From: Octopus sinensis
Taxonomy: Eukaryota
Length of the DNA stretch: 64,000 bases
Assembly (NCBI RefSeq): GCF_006345805.1
Contig: NC_042997.1
Coordinates: forward strand, 136,214,001 to 136,278,000
Reading direction: 5' to 3'
Shown piece by piece: positions 13,482 through 25,504 of the stretch (position 1 is the first letter of the stretch; each line of letters begins with the position of its first letter). The position numbers and the translations under genes were made by a program. Below the pieces are notes generated by a model, which was given only the letters and a program-made list of their open reading frames with translations, had not been told where the DNA came from and ran no database searches.

Positions 13482-14317
13482 ATATATGCGTGTATGTATG
13501 TGTGTATGTATGTATATATATATATATATATATATACATGCACACGCACACACACACTTACACACATGCACGCGTTTACTCGTGGGTAAAAGTACGTTCG
13601 TGATTGAATTCGCATTTCGTGTGTACGAATGGACACTTCTGATATAGATTTTCATCTTGTCATATTTTTTTTTACATAAAATGACATGCAAATCTTGCTG
13701 CCTAGCTTCTTCACGCAACGTACTTAAATTAAGGAGGCTAACTACAGCCAATTGGGAATTGCATGAGATAAACAGCGAATTTAAACTACATTCACAAACA
13801 AACTGCCACTCGTAGATTCAGCAGAGTTCAAAGACATATTAAGATAAATACATAATAAATCAAGATTGTTTCTAGAGAATATACATACATTTGAATATCT
13901 CAGTATCTCATATATATATATGCGAATGTGTCTGTGCCTCTGTGTATGTGCATGTATGTGTGTGTTGTGAGTGTGTGTGTCTGTATCTCTGTGTATGTAT
14001 GCGTGTGTGTGCGTGTGTGGGCGCCCGTGTGTGTCTGTACGCGTGTCTGTGTGTACGTGTTTTTTTCTTGTGCAAAACCCTTCATTTCATGTTGATCTAG
14101 TCCGCTCAACAGTAAATAAGTAACTTTTCCACAGACTGGCGTCCCGTTCATGGTGAATATCAGCCTCGCTGCTTAGCTATTGAGGCGGTGTCATTCAAGA
14201 GCTAAAACAATGCAAGCAGGCGCATCCAATAATGATGGCGATACAGTGGTACAATGTTATGTGCGTGTGCGTATATACATACAAATACATACGTGCATAC
14301 ATACATACATACATACA

Positions 14318-14405
<88 letters not shown>

Positions 14406-14494
14406 GTGAGGGAGATAAATTAATATTAATTTTAATATCAATTTAAAACCAGTAGTCCAGCATACAAAAATCTGAGGAGTCAGAGAAAATTCTA

Positions 14495-14921
14495 ATATAT
14501 GTGTATATTGGCAGGGCTTACTGCTAGGGAGTCGGCCATATGCTAGAAATAGACCATCAACGGTCAAACTACAAGGAAATTCAGAGCCAAGACATTTGAA
14601 ATTTTATCACTAGTGTAATCGGTAAAGCTACACACGTGTCTGTACTGGCACGAAAGCTGGGGTTAGCTTTTCTGTTTACATTACTATGAACGGATGCACT
14701 GAAGAAGCACGGACATTTGGATTGCATAAGTAATTCTCTTGTTAAGGCTGAAATCGAGGTATGCATTTAATTCTGTTTTTTATATAAATTTTCATCTGTC
14801 ATGCCCGCCAAAATTGGTTCTGGTGTTCGCTGTATTTTTCCTCTAGAGAATTTCCTTGTAGTTTGACCGTTGATGGTCTATTTCTAGCATATGGCCGACT
14901 CCCTAGCAGTAAGCCCTGCCA

Positions 14922-14930
<9 letters not shown>
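14495..14930. mobile_element. MITE-like element with near-perfect about 85-bp inverted repeats in a (TA)n tract
   Basis: tattggcagggcttactgctagggagtcggcc...ggaaattc (to 14582) vs exact reverse complement from 14848; 265-bp non-coding spacer. Confidence 0.8.
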
Positions 14931-14979
<49 letters not shown>

Positions 14980-14994
14980 ATATATATATATATA

Positions 14995-15367
14995 TCTCTA
15001 TATATAAACGGCAGTTTGTCTGTGCGTTTTCTGTGTGTCTGTTTTCTCGTACCCTCACTCTGACCACGGCTTTCAACCGATTCTGATGAACTTGACACAC
15101 ACATAGCCCAATGTCATAATTCAAAACTAACGCAGCGAAAATTTTGAAAAGTTCCCCCAGTTCTGAAAAAAATCGATAAATTCGACATGGGGTCGAGAAT
15201 CAGAAACCCAAACCACAGACCGTCTAGGGACGAAACTCCACCTTTTTAACTCTCAAAAAATTTTACCATTTCTTTTCCATTTTTTGCTATTTTTTGGCTA
15301 TAACTCTCTAAAAATGCTTTATAGTTATTTTCCTTACAAACCTGAGCAACGCCGGCGATACTGCTAG
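14995..15367 (+). mobile_element. Non-autonomous Helitron
   Basis: A|TC start (tctctatatataaacggc), subterminal hairpin-like cctgagcaacgccgg, ends CTAG|T, no TSD. Confidence 0.85.
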
Positions 15368-15407
<40 letters not shown>

Positions 15408-15415
15408 TATATATA

Positions 15416-15624
15416 AGATCGTGTGTTGAAAAAAAACAATTGCAGGGTGGAAGGTGCTTATAATCCATGTAAAACACATACAAAAACCGTTAGATTCACT
15501 TCAACATTTAAATTTAATTTGTCAAAACGACGAAAATATTTTGACAAATTAAATGTTTAATGCTGAAGGGAATCTAACGGTTTCTGTGTATTTAAATGGC
15601 TTATACACACCTCCCATGCTGCAA

Positions 15625-15627
<3 letters not shown>
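15416..15627. mobile_element. Older, centre-collapsed copy of the 51.3-kb palindromic family
   Basis: Arms 15437-15527 and 15539-15627 are reverse complements and match 51270-51547; centre retains only cgacgaaaatattttgacaaa. Confidence 0.85.
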
Positions 15628-15687
<60 letters not shown>

Positions 15688-15805
15688 AGATAAGGGCAGA
15701 AGAAAAATTCTAATGCCAGATACGCCGAAAAAAAAAATTGTCGATAACCATTAAATTTATGCGTCTCGAAACAAACCGATAGAAATCTCTAAAAAATTCG
15801 TTATT

Positions 15806-15862
15806 ACCGTATCGGTCCAATTTCGGGGTTAATTCACAAGAAATTTTCCCTTCTTCAACGGC
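15806..15862 (-). ncRNA. Hammerhead-like motif, unit 1 (C3U)
   Basis: gccg-TTGAAGA-a-gggaaaattt-cttgt-gaattaacccc-GAA-ATTGGACCGAT-A-cggt. Confidence 0.65.
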
Positions 15863-15924
15863 ACATACGCGAGATATAAATGAAATACTTATTCATATCC
15901 ACGGTGGGTATGAATAAGTATTTC

Positions 15925-15959
<35 letters not shown>

Positions 15960-16078
15960 AGATAAGGGCAGAAGAAAAATTCTAATGCCAGATACGCCGA
16001 AAACAAAAAATTGTCGATAACCATTAAATTTATGCGTCTCGAAACATACCGTTAGAAATCTTTAAAAAATTCGTTATT

Positions 16079-16135
16079 ACCGCATTGGTCCAATTTCGGG
16101 GTTAATTCACAAGGAATTTTACCCTCTTCAGCGGC
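16079..16135 (-). ncRNA. Hammerhead-like motif, unit 2 (G at cleavage position 17)
   Basis: gccg-CTGAAGA-gggtaaaattc-cttgt-gaattaacccc-GAA-ATTGGACCAAT-G-cggt. Confidence 0.7.
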
Positions 16136-16572
16136 ACATACCGAGATATCAATGAAATACTTATTCATACCCACGGATAAATTTAATGGTTATCGACAAT
16201 TTTTTGTTTTCGGCGTATCTGGCATTAGAATTTTTCTCCTGCCCTTATCTTGTAAATTATGTATAAATTTTACCTTTAAAGGCATTTTTTGATATGCTGG
16301 CCATTGATAAAAGTTTATCCTATATCAATTATATATGTATATATATATATATATATAATTCAATTTTGAGAGATTAATCGAAATGCGGGTATTCTATTTC
16401 AGATAATACAAAAATAACCTAATGAGTATATCTGACAGTAAACTCATGGTATCAGTTTGCACATCACGAAATAATACTGAAAGGATATAACCAAAATTAC
16501 CAGCAGGGTATATAATATACTTTATTAATCATATCCTACTTTAGTTAATACTTATCTTTATTAAATATGAAG

Positions 16573-16678
16573 GAACTACACGTGTTTCAGTATTGGAAGA
16601 TTACAACATATATACATATGCACAACTGTATACATATATATATAAATATATAAATACATATATGCAATCGTCAGATTT
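16573..16678 (-). ncRNA. Degenerate hammerhead-like motif, loop II invaded by TA-rich repeat
   Basis: Minus: CTGACGA...GAA-ACACGTGT-A-gttcc, with AATAAA downstream (plus-strand ctttattaa near 16520); stem II poorly paired. Confidence 0.45.
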
Positions 16679-17135
16679 ACAATTATTCCAACACATCTTC
16701 AGGTTCTATTTCAAACTTTTATATATCTAAATTTACATCCCTTTAAAAATAACCAATACAATTAAACATTAAGATTAAAAATTGATTAAGTTAATCTTTC
16801 ACTTAAGTGTTTTCTTTTCGATTTTGTTATCACCAATATAGCACGGTAACATGACTAACTGTCATTTTGCATTATCTGAAATAAAATGCCCGCTTTTCGA
16901 TTAATCCCCCCAAATTGAATTTATGTCGACTTTTATCAGATACTTCGTATATTTATAGATAAATATATAAATACACAATAAATAAGACCCCAAGGTATGA
17001 TATGTAGATGCATATAACGCTGAAGGGTTGCACCTGATTGATTTGGAAGTTTGTTTTCTCAAATTATATATGTGTGTGTGTGTGTGTGTGTATACGCACA
17101 CGCTGATGTATATACGTTTTGTGCACATACATATA

Positions 17136-17177
<42 letters not shown>

Positions 17178-17182
17178 AAACT

Positions 17183-17908
17183 GGGAACCAATCCATCTCA
17201 ATCACAATTTTTTTAATTAATTTTTTTAACTAAACAGTTTAAAACTTCGAATACTGGTAGAATTTCTCACGTAGAACACGGTTTACTCTGAACGTTTTTG
17301 ACAAAATTTCGCATTTTAGAAGTTATTTCGTGATGAAGTTGTCGTATTTGGTTAATTTTAACCAATTAATGACGTGCATTTAGCTGAAGAAATTTACTGT
17401 TGTTTGTGGAAGAGCAACAACTTTCGGGTCATCTCTACTAAATGCATTTGGATATTTTTTCTTACTGCCTGTGATTATTTTCACCACTCTGTCCTATTTT
17501 ATTTTTGCTTACTTGCCTGCGTTAATTTCCTGGTTTATTTTCACCAACTTTTGCTTACTTGCCTGCGTTAATTTCGTGATTTATTTGCACCACCTTTTGT
17601 TTACTTGTCTGCGTTAATTTGTATGTGTTACACTTGACTGGTTATTTTGTGCATGTACTGCAATGAAATCTTACAGTGCATTTCAAAGTGTAATATTCCG
17701 TATTAAAATTGATTTAATCTTTATCCTTTTGTATTGCCTTTCCTTTTGTTTACATCGCATACATACCTCCCTATGGGTTAGGCTAGAGTTAAAGCTATGG
17801 TTTATAATTAGGGTTAGATTGCATGCTAAAGTGTAAATGGCCACTTATACTGTATGTTAAAGTGGTACTAAAGATTAATTGAAACAGATTGCCTATCAGA
17901 AATTAAGT
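17183..17908 (+). mobile_element. Unclassified DNA-transposon-like repeat; inverted copy at 36281-37014
   Basis: About 720-bp homology to the reverse complement of 36281-37014; internal about 46-bp tandem subrepeats (gttaattt...ttacttgcctgc) and ggttagg motifs; the 37-kb copy ends AGATCC. Confidence 0.8.
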
Positions 17909-18061
17909 CATGAAAGGGTTAGCAGAGTCAGTACACTTTACATTTCTATGTTTCTGAGGGCAATAAAATAAAATACTAGATAAGTAAGTACTGGGTCAAT
18001 ATAGTTGATTAATTGTATCCTCCTGTAAAATTTCTTCCTTTGTGCCTTTATTAGAAATTCT

Positions 18062-18509
18062 GGATCTTTTCTATTCTGAAGCCAGGACCCCAGATCTTTC
18101 TAGTTAACTAAATAATTTGAAACTTCGTGTACTCATAGAGTGGAACTAGTTTATTCGCCAGTTGGAACTAGTTTATTTGAGAAAAATCTATTTTATGACT
18201 TTAATCGTAGATTAAAACTGTGAATTTTAGCCAATCGTAATGTCTGTATTTATGTGAACTTATTATCTGCGTAGTCTTATCTGTGACGTGGAAAGCAATT
18301 GTTTACATTTTGACAAATTGCTTTATCGTAACGTACACAGTTTTTCAGTTCCCTAGAATTATATTTGAAACAAAATAAAAAGAAAAAGATTCATACGCAT
18401 AAATATCCATCCTTAGACATCAGAAAGATTAGAAATGCAACAAAAATTTAAAATACCGGATTTTTACCTTTTGAACTTCGTGGAGTATATATAAAATTTG
18501 CGTAGATCC
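18062..18509 (+). mobile_element. MITE with GGATCT...AGATCC termini
   Basis: Starts ggatcttttctattctgaagccag (matches reverse complement of about 35397-35421), ends gcgtagatcc; shares gaaacttcgtRtact subterminal motif with the 17.2, 35.3 and 36.9 kb copies; no TSD seen. Confidence 0.65.
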
Positions 18510-18770
18510 TGAGTGCTTATATTTATTTTTATACACACACACATGTATACAAACATATGCATATATATATATATATACACCTATACACACATATTCTAAT
18601 GCATATGCATATATGTGTATATATTTATAATGTGTGTGTATTATAGATGCATGAATTATATATATTTATAAAAGATGTTTACATACAATATATATATATG
18701 TTATATACATTTATATGTATGTATGAATATATAAGTACCACAGAATTTGAATCAAACTGTTTTGATCCAT

Positions 18771-18805
<35 letters not shown>

Positions 18806-18851
18806 TACATACATACATACATACACACATACTAAAATTACATCGTTGGAG

Positions 18852-19114
18852 CAGTAATTTATTTATGTATTTTTTGTTATACAATTTATTTTTAAGCTGA
18901 ATCCCTATCCTGCCATTAACCCCTTTCTTATAAAATAGTTGAAGAATCTGGAGTGTAGGAATTGGGACAGTATTGGAACTTTTAACTTCTTGCTCTCTAT
19001 CTTATGATCTCCGAAATTTAAGAATCTTGTGTTAACTGGGCTCTTATTATTTACTCTGACTCTGCCACCACCTCAATGCAAAGACTATCAATATCAGAAT
19101 CATCTTCACAACCA
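18852..19114. repeat. Segment duplicated in inverted orientation at 28594-28832
   Basis: About 239 aligned bp with about 4 substitutions and one 24-bp indel. Confidence 0.92.
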
Positions 19115-19269
19115 CCACTACAACCATTACTACAACCTCCAATGCCACCACCACAACCCCAAGACCAGGGGTGGATCAATATAGTTGACATTATTTCCTC
19201 CTATAAAATTTTTGGCTATGTACCTTTGTTAAAAATTCTTATTTGTATTAATATAAAGTGCGAGCAAGA

Positions 19270-19980
19270 GAACATCTGTAGGCTTTCCTAAACTGTTAAT
19301 GTGAATGTAGATGATGTCTTTTTTCAACTTGTGTAAATTAATGTCTGATGAGAATGTGATTCCATGTAGAAGCTGCCATTCTTGAGATAAATGATTGGCT
19401 AAAATATTAGTAAAAGGGTTCTAGCTGTGAGACATGTTAAAGATGATGATGTGGGCTCAGTTTGATATAGTTTACAGCTTACTAATTCACAGGAATAGTA
19501 GTGGGTGTTAGGATTTTTTTTCCCATGTTTTATTTGAACAATTGGCTGGATAAAGGGGGCTGTATCCTTGCCTTTTGCATTCCTTCTGAGACAAGAGCTG
19601 TGCCTTCAAAACTGGTAAGATTGACGTAGTTGATCTTGAATAAAATGTGTGGATGGCTGCAGAGGAAATAACATGGACAAGGGAATTTCAGAAGGATGAC
19701 AATCTGGTATGAAAGAATTTAATGCTTAGTTTGCAGGTGAATTACATGCTACGTGATCTTCGAGCCTTTTGCCGCCAGATGCTGTAACATGGTTTGTATC
19801 CAATATAGTAGTACCACCACTATTGCAATTATGGCCTGAAATATGTGGTACCAGTGTGATAAAATAAGATAATGCAGCAGCAATAACAACATAACTATCT
19901 CTTAAGAATGAACAAACCAACCCACACTCTCGAACTTCACTATGAAATAACACAAACTATATACACTCTCTCGGTTCAGT
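19270..19980. repeat. Unclassified about 710-bp repeat; direct copy at 35477-36247
   Basis: Collinear homology, roughly 75-80% identity by eye, including the identical block gctgtgagacatgttaaagatgatgatgtgggctcagtttgatatag. Confidence 0.88.
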
Positions 19981-20249
19981 CCATTCCTCACAAGAGGGTA
20001 CCTTGGCTCTCATCACAACACTGAGAGTGTAAGAGGTTGCTAACTTTGTTCTGCCGACAAATTTCCATTTATTTATTCTTAAGCTTCTCTTACTGCTGGA
20101 AACCACCTCTGCCTGGTACTGGCATTTATGTGAACAATGTAGACAATTGACAAGTATCAAATGCCACAATACATAAATTCCTTATTTATTAAAATTATTT
20201 TCAATTGTAGAAGTATCATAATTACTAAATGCTAATCGATTAGCATATT

Positions 20250-20735
20250 CAGGGCCATTTAGTCACCTACCAATCTGGTAGACACACTAGTCAAATTGAC
20301 TACATCCTCACTAGGAAACAGGAAAGACGACTACTTGTAAATGCCCAAACTTTCCCAGGGGAAGAATGTACCCCACAATATAGATTAGTAGTTAGCGACT
20401 TCAGGATCAGGGCTAAATGGATGCCCAGAAGACGACCAGAATGGAGGAGAAGGGTCTGGAAGCTTAAGGATCCTGCAAAAAGAGATTGAGAGACATATTA
20501 CTCAAAGCTGTGGAAGACAACTGGAGTTTTCTACAGGACAACTTTTGGGGGCTAGTGACCAGATCTGTGGATGGTGCAAAGTCTACTCTCAACCCAAGGT
20601 AACGTGGTGGTGGAACAATGTTGTTGACAGGGCTAGTAAGGAAAAGAAACAGGCTTTGAAGGACTGGAAGACCGTTGATAGCAGGGAATTGTATCAGACT
20701 GCCAAAGGGAAGCTAGGAGATAGGTTTACCAACAG
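20250..20735 (+). mobile_element. RTE-clade LINE fragment (end of APE endonuclease plus linker)
   Basis: HLVTYQSGRHTSQIDYILTRK, EECTPQYRLVVSDFRI, KVTWWWNNVVDRA. Confidence 0.85.
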
Positions 20736-22366
20736 ATGATGGATGCCTTAATTTCTGGTGCTGCTCCAGCTTAACTTTCTTCATGGAATAATTTGTCATG
20801 ATGGCATTATATTCAAGATACATAGGTTTTGAGTCTACAGATACAAAACCAAACATGATAAAATCTTCTTTGCATTTCTTCAGTTTTGCCTTTTTAGCAG
20901 TTGGTTCAGTTATTATTACAACTGATCATAAAAAAATAAAATAATCAATATTTTATTTCTATAAATTTAAAGTATCAAATTTATTATTAAACAATATTAT
21001 GTAGTGATCTATTAAAAATATCGAATTTATTATGAAACTGTTGTGATTATAAAATTTAAATTATGTAGTTCTTGATTGTAATATATCATTGATTATATAT
21101 TATACATCATTGATTCTTATGGAATAATTATTGAATTTTGTTTTCTTATTATTATTCTGTCTTCATATAAATTATTATTAACTAACAGTGTCTTTATTAT
21201 CGAACAATATTGTGTAGATCTGAAATGGCTTCAATTTTTTATGGCTACGAATTCTCTGGGGACCACTGGTAGGTTCCAGGGACCACATTGGGAATCACTG
21301 CTTTAAACAATACTGGATGAAATGAATATTGAAATTATTTACAAATTTTGTTATTACATGAAACATGTTATAATTTACAAGTTCCAGTAGAATATGTGAC
21401 AAAGATAATATTCCTAGCTGAACTTATCCCCTTTAATTTTCTTGTACCAGAAACTTCCAACCCCAGCCAGATAACTTACGCAGGACATTTTCATAATAAA
21501 GAAGAAAAAATTAAAAGGCTTTCATCTTTTTCTTTTAAACAAAAGAATTTTTATAAAGATATATATAAAGGATAGCTTTATGGTTGAAAAATTTGCTTCA
21601 CACCCATGGGTTTCTGGGTTCAATTATGCTGTATGGTATATTGGGTAAGTGTCTTTTACTGTAGTCTTAGGTTGATCAATGTCATGTGAGTCAAATTGGG
21701 AGAATGATTCTATGAAGAAGCCCGCAAGATGTGTTTGTGTGTATGTGTGTGTGTTCATTTACATGTTTACTACTCTAGTATACTAGGCTATCAAAGGTTA
21801 CTTTCAATGAACAGGCATCGTTAAAATGGGACCCTGCCCTATGTTTGGAATTATCTCTAATATTGATAGGGTCAATGAAAGACACCCAAAGACAGTGCCT
21901 GAGCATGGTCATAGCACACTGACTGAAATTAATAAAAGAAGAAACAATTCTAGGTTCAAAACATTTTTTAATGATAAACATCCAAATGTAAAGACAATGT
22001 TAAATGACTTTTCCGGTGTAAATGTATGCATACATGCATAAATGGAATTTCCTTCTAAGTAGAAGTTCACCCGAAACAAAAGTCATGGAAATTATTAGGA
22101 TGAATATTCTTTGGGTGGGAGATCAGAATAAATAAAAGAATTCAAGTGAATGTGTCATGTAAAGTGGGATGGGTGGGTTGGTGAGGTGCACAGCTGCCTT
22201 CAGAGAGACAACAGTAAAAATCTCTGGTTTCATAATGGTTGAATCATTCGCCCAAAACAATGAGATTTTTGTTTCTTTTTTAAGACATGTAATAGTAGAC
22301 ATGTAGTGGGGGAATACTTATATTGATAGGAATCATTAATTAACAAGAAAATAATTATACATACAT

Positions 22367-22397
<31 letters not shown>

Positions 22398-22549
22398 CAA
22401 AACGAGAAAATGGAGAAATATATCCAAATCAATCATCAACCATCAGATAATACCGAATCAATACTTTATTAAACCACTACACAATAGCAATGATATTATA
22501 CATTAATATAGTGCAAATATAACAAGACATAGAAATACATTTACATTGT

Positions 22550-22661
22550 AGCTGACAGCTGTTTCGGCCGTGAAGACAGGTATGTCCCATTTAACCTATT
22601 AGCCATATAAAGCAGGTATAAATGAGACATTAACAAGAATATCTCACGGCCTCTTCAGAGA
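22550..22661 (-). ncRNA. Hammerhead-like motif with intact core and 70-nt loop II in a Penelope-type end (about 22400-22960)
   Basis: Minus: CTGAAGA-ggccgtga[70 nt]tcacggcc-GAA-ACAGCTGT-C-ag; GUC triplet; AATAAA downstream; stem I only 2 bp. Confidence 0.72.
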
Positions 22662-23477
22662 ATTTAATGCAAGTATGAAAAAAATTTACATATAAATATA
22701 AATATGTGTGCATACACACTCATATTCTTACATATATATATATACACAATAATACAATATAAACAATATAGATCAATATACATCAACAAACACAATAATG
22801 TTCCATATTGAACTCCACAGTTCCATAACCAACATCAAGAAACCACAACATGTACACTCACACTCAAAGCAGGCATATATATTGAACAGTCCAATATATT
22901 AAAATGTGCCATTTCACAAAAAGTCAATAAAATTAATATCACCACGACTGATACATATATATTTCAATCATATATATACATATATCATATGTATATATAC
23001 ATATATAAATATCATCAAATGCATGTATGTATCTGAATATGTCTTGTTTGATTTACATGTTTTTCGAGTCAAGTATGTTTTAATTAAAAAATGATTGAAG
23101 TATTCTTTCACAACCAGATGCCTTTCCTGTCATTAACACTTGACTGTGTTTTAAATAAGGAATCTCTTAGTTACACATGTCTTGAAAGGCTTGAAGTAAG
23201 CAGACAATTTGTCAACCAGAGAAATGACAACAGCAAACCTTGTAGCTTGCAACTTTTATAGAGCACAAACATAAACAGATATACACACATATTATATAGA
23301 TAGATTTCTTACAGGTTCCATCTATCAAATTCACTCACAAGGATTTGGTCAATCTTGGCTATCATAAGTGATACTTGGCGAAGTTTGCCATGCACTGGGA
23401 CTGAGCTCAAAACCATATGATTAAGAAGGGAACTACGTGCCTGTGCCTTCTATCAGTCTTTCTGTACATATGTATGC

Positions 23478-23548
<71 letters not shown>

Positions 23549-23853
23549 TAGTATATGTAGATAGGCTTGTAATCGAAGCCGTGTCCTCGTGAAGCACACC
23601 TGTATATTCCAGTATGCCAATATTGTATGTAGATGTTATAATTGTGTGAGGTATGTATAAGAGTAGAAAAATATTGGAAAATAATATTTGCAGAGTAATT
23701 ACGCATCAAAACAGTAGAGTGGAAAATATTTTTAGTATTATTTATTCACCATTGCACATGTTTCATTTGCTAGTACGAGTTAGAATATTATACATGTAAG
23801 AGAAAATTATAAAATATCTCTTATTAAAAACTCCTCAGACAGCGAATCAATTA

Positions 23854-25083
23854 TCAGATTGAATAAAAAATAAGCAACGTTTTGAACCATGAAGAATTTG
23901 TACCAGATTTTTGCAGGGTTTTGATTTTTGTTAAACATTTTTTTGCAGTTGTCTGATAATACAGATATAAACTTACCCAAATGCATCAATAAATTAACAT
24001 TTATATTTTTTTCCCCATTCATACAATCATCTGAAAGGGAACTGTGAAAGTGCGATATTTGAGCAGTTTTGCAATTCAACTTCAAAAAAGGATGTAAAGC
24101 AGCTAAAACTGTTCATGATATCAATGAAACATTGGTGGGGGGAAATGACCAGTGAGAGGTCAGCTTGAAAATGGTTTAAATGATTTTGCAGATTGTGAGC
24201 ATTATGGACGCCCATCTGTCATCGATGACAGTCAAGTAGAGACTGTCATTGAGAAAGATCCATATAAAACCACTTGAGAACTGGCAAAAGAACTTCAAGT
24301 TAGTCAGAAAACTGCCTGCAACCATTTTCCTGCAATCAGAAAATCAAAAAAGCTCGACAAATTTGAATGAAAATCAGAAAATGCTTATTGCTTCTTCTCC
24401 GCAACCAGACCAATCCATTTCTTGACCATATTGTAACTTGCAATGAAAAGTGGATTCTGTACAATAAAAACGTTCTTTGCAGTGGTTGGAGCAAAATGAA
24501 GCACCAAAATCCTTCCCTAAACCCAAGCTCTTCAAAAAGAAGGTTATGGTGACTGCTTGGTGGTGTACTTTTGGAATCATCCATTATAACTTTTTAAAAT
24601 CTGAAAAAAACATTACTGCAGAAACATATTGTCATGAAATTGCCAAAATGAAAGAAAACCGCTAGTCCTCTGTCCCAGACTGGTCAACAGAAGAGGGCCA
24701 ATCATTCTTCATAACAATGCTCGACCATAAATTTCACTAATGATGCTCCAAAAGTTGAAGGAACTTGGCTATGAATTTCTTCCCCACCCAGCTTATTCCC
24801 CAGACCTTTCTCCTACCGACTACCACTTTTTCAAGCACCTTGATGGTTTCCTGAAAGAGAAGGAGTTCAAAAATCAAACTGATGCTGAAACTGTGTTCAA
24901 GGAGTTCATCAGCTCCAGAACTCCAGATTTTTATGTTACCAGAATAAACAAACTTGTAACTCATTGGCACAAATGTGTTGATTGTAATGGTACTTACTTT
25001 GATGAATAAAATTTCCACATTGCTGAAATATATTGTGATGAATTTCATGTTTCAAAACGTTGCTTACTTTTTACTCAGCATGA
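23854..25083 (+). mobile_element. Mariner (cecropia-like) transposon, near full length, inactivated
   Basis: About 40-bp TIRs tcagattgaataaaaaataagcaacgttttgaaccatgaa / ttcatgtttcaaaacgttgcttactttttactcagcatga with flanking TA; FLDHIVTCNEKW, KKVMVTAWW, HPAYSPDLSPTDYHFF; WVPHEL region deleted. Confidence 0.93.
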
Positions 25084-25433
25084 TAATACTCTCTAATTTT
25101 CTGTCAGAAGACTTTCTAACAGAAGATATCTTACATGTTTCTCTGTTAAATACAATTTTGTAACCCCTATTAGTAAATGAAACATGTGTAATGGTGAATA
25201 AATAATACCAAAAATTTTTTCTTATCTCCTGTTTTGATATATGTATATGTTATATTATATACAAGATATACTATATTATCATTAATTGATGGATGCAAAG
25301 AAATAAGAAACTTGAAGTAGTCAACTCCAAAATATAGTTGGGGTAGGTAGAATGGGGAAGTAAATGTCAATAAGAACTAACTCAGTCTTGCCAAACAGAT
25401 GCCAGGACCAAAAAGTGATGATGATGATGATCA

Positions 25434-25484
<51 letters not shown>

Positions 25485-25504
25485 TATATGGCGTAAAAGA
25501 AAGA

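Larger units (their letters stand above)
15684..16254 (-). mobile_element. Tandem 272-bp hammerhead-bearing repeat (2 units) with terminal inversion; Penelope pLTR/retrozyme-like
   Basis: Units start tacaagataagggcag at 15684 and 15956; 16177-16254 is an inverted copy of 15956-16033; one hammerhead motif per unit. Confidence 0.8.

Noticed and set aside
17480-17620. About 46-bp repeats resembling a CRISPR array
   Set aside because: Contiguous degenerate tandem units with no unique spacers, inside a eukaryotic repeat; no cas genes
17770-17825. TTAGGG-like motifs
   Set aside because: Scattered, degenerate and internal to a dispersed repeat; not a telomeric array
19726-19953. Similar small ORFs in both copies of the 710-bp repeat (also 35918-36229)
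   Set aside because: Hand count of about 5 synonymous vs about 15 non-synonymous differences, with different stop positions, is consistent with neutral repeat divergence
21826-22041. 71-aa non-repetitive ORF with possible splice sites
   Set aside because: No recognisable domain, weak acceptor, no supporting neighbouring exons
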